From the NCBI GenBank assembly GCA_030390025.1, contig CM059434.1, positions 123,070,001-123,134,000 on the forward strand: 64,000 nucleotides of DNA, read 5' to 3'. Shown in pieces: positions 60,699 to 64,000 of this stretch. Positions within the stretch are counted from its first letter, which is position 1. Each line of letters opens with the position of its first letter. A program made the translations under genes and the position numbers. Under the pieces are notes generated by a model, which made no database searches, was not told the origin of the DNA, and saw only the letters and a program-made list of their open reading frames with translations. The stretch is from Squalus acanthias. Lineage: Eukaryota.

Positions 60699-62572
60699 CC
60701 TACTGCTGTCCATTAAGCATTTTGTTGAGATCTATTCAGGGTCAAAGTCATCGCACAGTATAAAACTCTGTGGTAAAGGGAAGACCGATGACCTGTAATC
60801 ACACTTCAAAAAAAAAATAGAGCAGGCTTATGGTTTACTAACAAAAAAAAAAATCTAGAATGGCAAGTGGATTCCTTCCATTAATGCAGCAGTCAATCAA
60901 AGCGCAAATGCCTGGAGATTCCAGCTGGAAGTTTTTTTTAAAATTTTTTATCTGTGTTTCAGCTGCCAGTCTCTAAAACCCGCTCGCAGCGCGGCTTTAC
61001 ATACCGGCCTCACCAGCATCAAAAGCAGGCAATCAGCACTAAATCAGCATGCAAAATGCCACTCAACCTTGGGCTTGTATTAAAATTTTCAGGGACTCAA
61101 TTTGTGATAGCGATCGTTCCTATTAAAAAAACCAAAATGTAAGATAGTTTTTTTTTTATATATATAAATCTCCGGGTGTAATGGAATCGTTAATAAGCAT
61201 GGGCTGATGTGATTTCTCACCACAAATCCTACAGAGGGTTCAGAAGTGGGAAAATAGTGTTTGTGAGCCAGGCACTGTCTTCAGGCTGCTTCTGTGAGAT
61301 ACAAGGAGGCAACTGATAAGGAAGGCATCAGAAGGGCAGTTAATTGCCTCCAGTCTCTTGGTGCTGGGAATATTTAAAATCTATGGGATTAAGGGCAGAT
61401 TAAAAACTACGGAAGCAGGGCCCAATGGCGCTTGGAGATTGCAATCAGGATGGGTTAATGGTGAGGAAAAAAAAAATGAACATTGCAAAAATAAAATGAC
61501 AGATAGGACTTGCAGATCTGCCTTTTAATACAGCGCATTCTATCTTGTAAGTGCCATTCATCTCTGTGTAAATCATTTTCGCTGCTGCAGGCTTATCAGC
61601 TGATCAGCAAATTAAAAATGCTCTTCCCTTAGGAGGATTAAGGAGGTTGATTGAAGTCAGTCAGAAAACTAGCTAATAAGTCTGAAAATGTCACTGGGGT
61701 TCTCTGCGGTGCTCGGTGCTGCCCTGTTAGATCAGGAACGGTCTTAATGCCACTTGATCAACAACAACAGAAAAGTTTTTTTAGGGGGCTGCAGTCAGAA
61801 AATGTTGGAATATGGATTCACTGGTCAAAGAAAAAACATTGTTATGCTGCAGTGATTTTTTTATTTTTACAATTCCATACTCATCCTGTAATGCTATGTG
61901 TTAATTAATTCTGGCTTATATATTGAATAATGACAATAGAACTGTGAAATTAAATGAAATTAGAAATTAAATGAAAACTCAGTTCCTGCTAGGACATCCT
62001 TTAAAAAAAAAGATACGATTTTAACGAGATGTAAATCCTACTATATTTTGTAGACCGAACAGGATATAAAAGAAAAAGTTTGGACATTTTGAAGGATGTT
62101 GGATCAGAAATTGAAATGATACCCTTTATTCTCCTTGTTTCCTGCTCCTTCTGTTTTGCCATCGGTCACCATATTTTCAGTGCTTGGAGGAGGTTTTCTG
62201 TACCCAAGGAGTGTCATTTAAATGCAAGTTAGTATATTTAATACTTAGGTAAAAATACAAAGTGAAGATCCTATTCATATTTGTTGTTTCCAAAGTGCTA
62301 TTAAGGGACAGCTATAGGATAACACATCAAGCTCCTAACACATCTCCCTTCAGCGTTAACTCATAAATTTTACCCTCATGGTTTATCACTTCAGCTGAAC
62401 CCCTTGTAACTCTCTCCAGTTTGTGTTATTCTACACAGGTGAAATTCACTTTGAGTACTTTTTTTAAATTCCTCTCCGGTTTTCTTCCCAGCCTGCCCTG
62501 TCGGTGCTAATTCATGCTGGGGTAGATTCCACGGGCGCTAGTCATACTCTGGTATCTAACCCGAGTGGCCAT

Positions 62573-63045
62573 AAGAGCATAAGAACATAAGAATTAGGAG
62601 CAGGAGTAAGACCATACGGCCCCTTGAGCCTGCTCCACCATTCAATGGCTGATCTTCGACCTCAACTCCACTTTCCCGCCCGATCCCCATATCCCTTGAT
62701 TCCCCACGAGTCCAAAAATCTATCTATCTCTGTCTTGAATATACTCAATGATTCAGCATCCACAGCCCTTTGGGGTAGAGAATTCTAAAGATTCACAACC
62801 TTCTGAGTGAAGAAATTCCTCCTCATCCGAGTCTTAAATGGCCGACCCCTTATCCTGAGACTATGGCCCCTAGTTCTAGACTCTCCAGCCAGGGGAAACA
62901 ACCTCTCAGCATCTGCCCTCAGAATCGTATATGTTTCAATGAGATCATCTCACATTATTCTGAACTCCAAAGAGTATAGGCCCAATCTATTCAATCTCTC
63001 CTCATAGGACAACCCTCTCATCCCAGGAATCAATCTAGTGATCTA
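62573..63045 (-). mobile_element. CR1 3' fragment with flanking GCCAT duplication, inside an AmnSINE2-like remnant
   Basis: Reverse complement of the 44675-45150 type. GCCAT at 62568-62572 and 63046-63050. Confidence 0.9.
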
Positions 63046-63766
63046 GCCATCCTTCGTGTTTGACCTTTAACGGTCAGCATCAGCAAGCCAATCAGAGCCA
63101 ACATCTGCACATTAGCACTGTGCTGAAGGAGTAGGACGCTGCCTAAAATAGCAAATAAAGGAGCATGTTTGTTTATTAGTATTGCGCGGAACGATTAAAC
63201 CCCATTATGGCTTCAAGCACGCCTGCAAAAATAGAAAAGCAACAGATCCTCATTGGATGAGGCTGTTGCTCCTTCTAGTAAATGCCCTTGCCTCACACAC
63301 TCTCCCACGCTGCTGCTACCTTCCTCTCAGCTCACACATCTCTCCGCAATATTGCCACAATCTTTACAAAAAGGACTGTGATTTTCCCAATGCAAATACA
63401 GCTGCATCAAAAATCTCAAATGATCATCAGCAATCTTGAGGCACGTACACCCAGCAACTTTGATACATGGCACTGCTACTAAAATTGTAATTTCAATGTG
63501 GAGAATGTACTCCCCTGCCTGAACTCACTTACTGTTTAAACTGAAGTATGATGCAATGAAAGTGGTCCCGTGATGGAATAACACTGCCGGGGCGATGCGC
63601 CATCTAAGGGAACTACAGGAAATTTTAGCAATGTGCAAGGTCAATATGAAGCACATGGTCACCATCTAACAAAATGTCCAAGTCCTGTCTCATGGAAGCA
63701 GGTACAGACAGTAATGGGATGCATCGCACTGTGTAATAATGGCTTATCAACTCTTAACACACCTGT

Positions 63767-64000
63767 ATCAGCCTGTGGCTCAGTTGGTAGTGCACTTGCC
63801 TCTGAGTCGAGAAGGTTGTGAGGTTCTAAATCCCACTCCAAGAGACTTGAGCATGAAAATCTAGGCTGACACTCCAGTGCAGCGTTGAGGGAGTACTGTG
63901 CTGTCTTTTGGGTAAGACGTTAAACCGAGGTTCTGTCTGCTCTCTCAGGTGGACATAAAAGATCCCATGGCACTATTTCGAAGAAGAGCTGGGGAGTTAT
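63767..64000 (+). mobile_element. Deu-domain SINE, cut by the window end
   Basis: GTGGCTCAGTTGGTAG head and start of the core. Confidence 0.85.

Overview
Repeat-dense eukaryotic genomic DNA, very probably from a shark or other cartilaginous fish. This is inferred from the repeat repertoire: CR1/HER1-type LINEs, L2, RTE, Penelope termini, Deu-domain SINEs and GC-rich Harbinger MITEs. I could not support any intact host protein-coding gene, and almost all long ORFs are transposon remnants or spurious. Main contents: (1) two decayed PIF/Harbinger transposons, each with a spliced Myb/SANT gene on + and a convergent, internally deleted HARBI1-type transposase on -; (2) an internally deleted Gypsy (Mag-like) LTR retrotransposon with both LTRs, PBS, PPT and a 5-bp TSD; (3) two solo LTRs of another family with 5-bp TSDs; (4) a 2.8-kb CR1 interval split by a Harbinger-type MITE; (5) many SINEs resembling AmnSINE1/SacSINE1, AmnSINE2 and possibly LF-SINE; (6) Penelope termini carrying minimal hammerhead ribozyme cores; (7) two minisatellites and two assembly gaps. 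The best leads are the hammerhead motifs, a Harbinger derivative whose Myb gene carries an in-frame heptad expansion, a templated 40-bp inversion, and a Gypsy RT with an NQDD motif. None is shown to be a new system. Family names come from my recall of consensus sequences, and the boundaries of decayed repeats are approximate.
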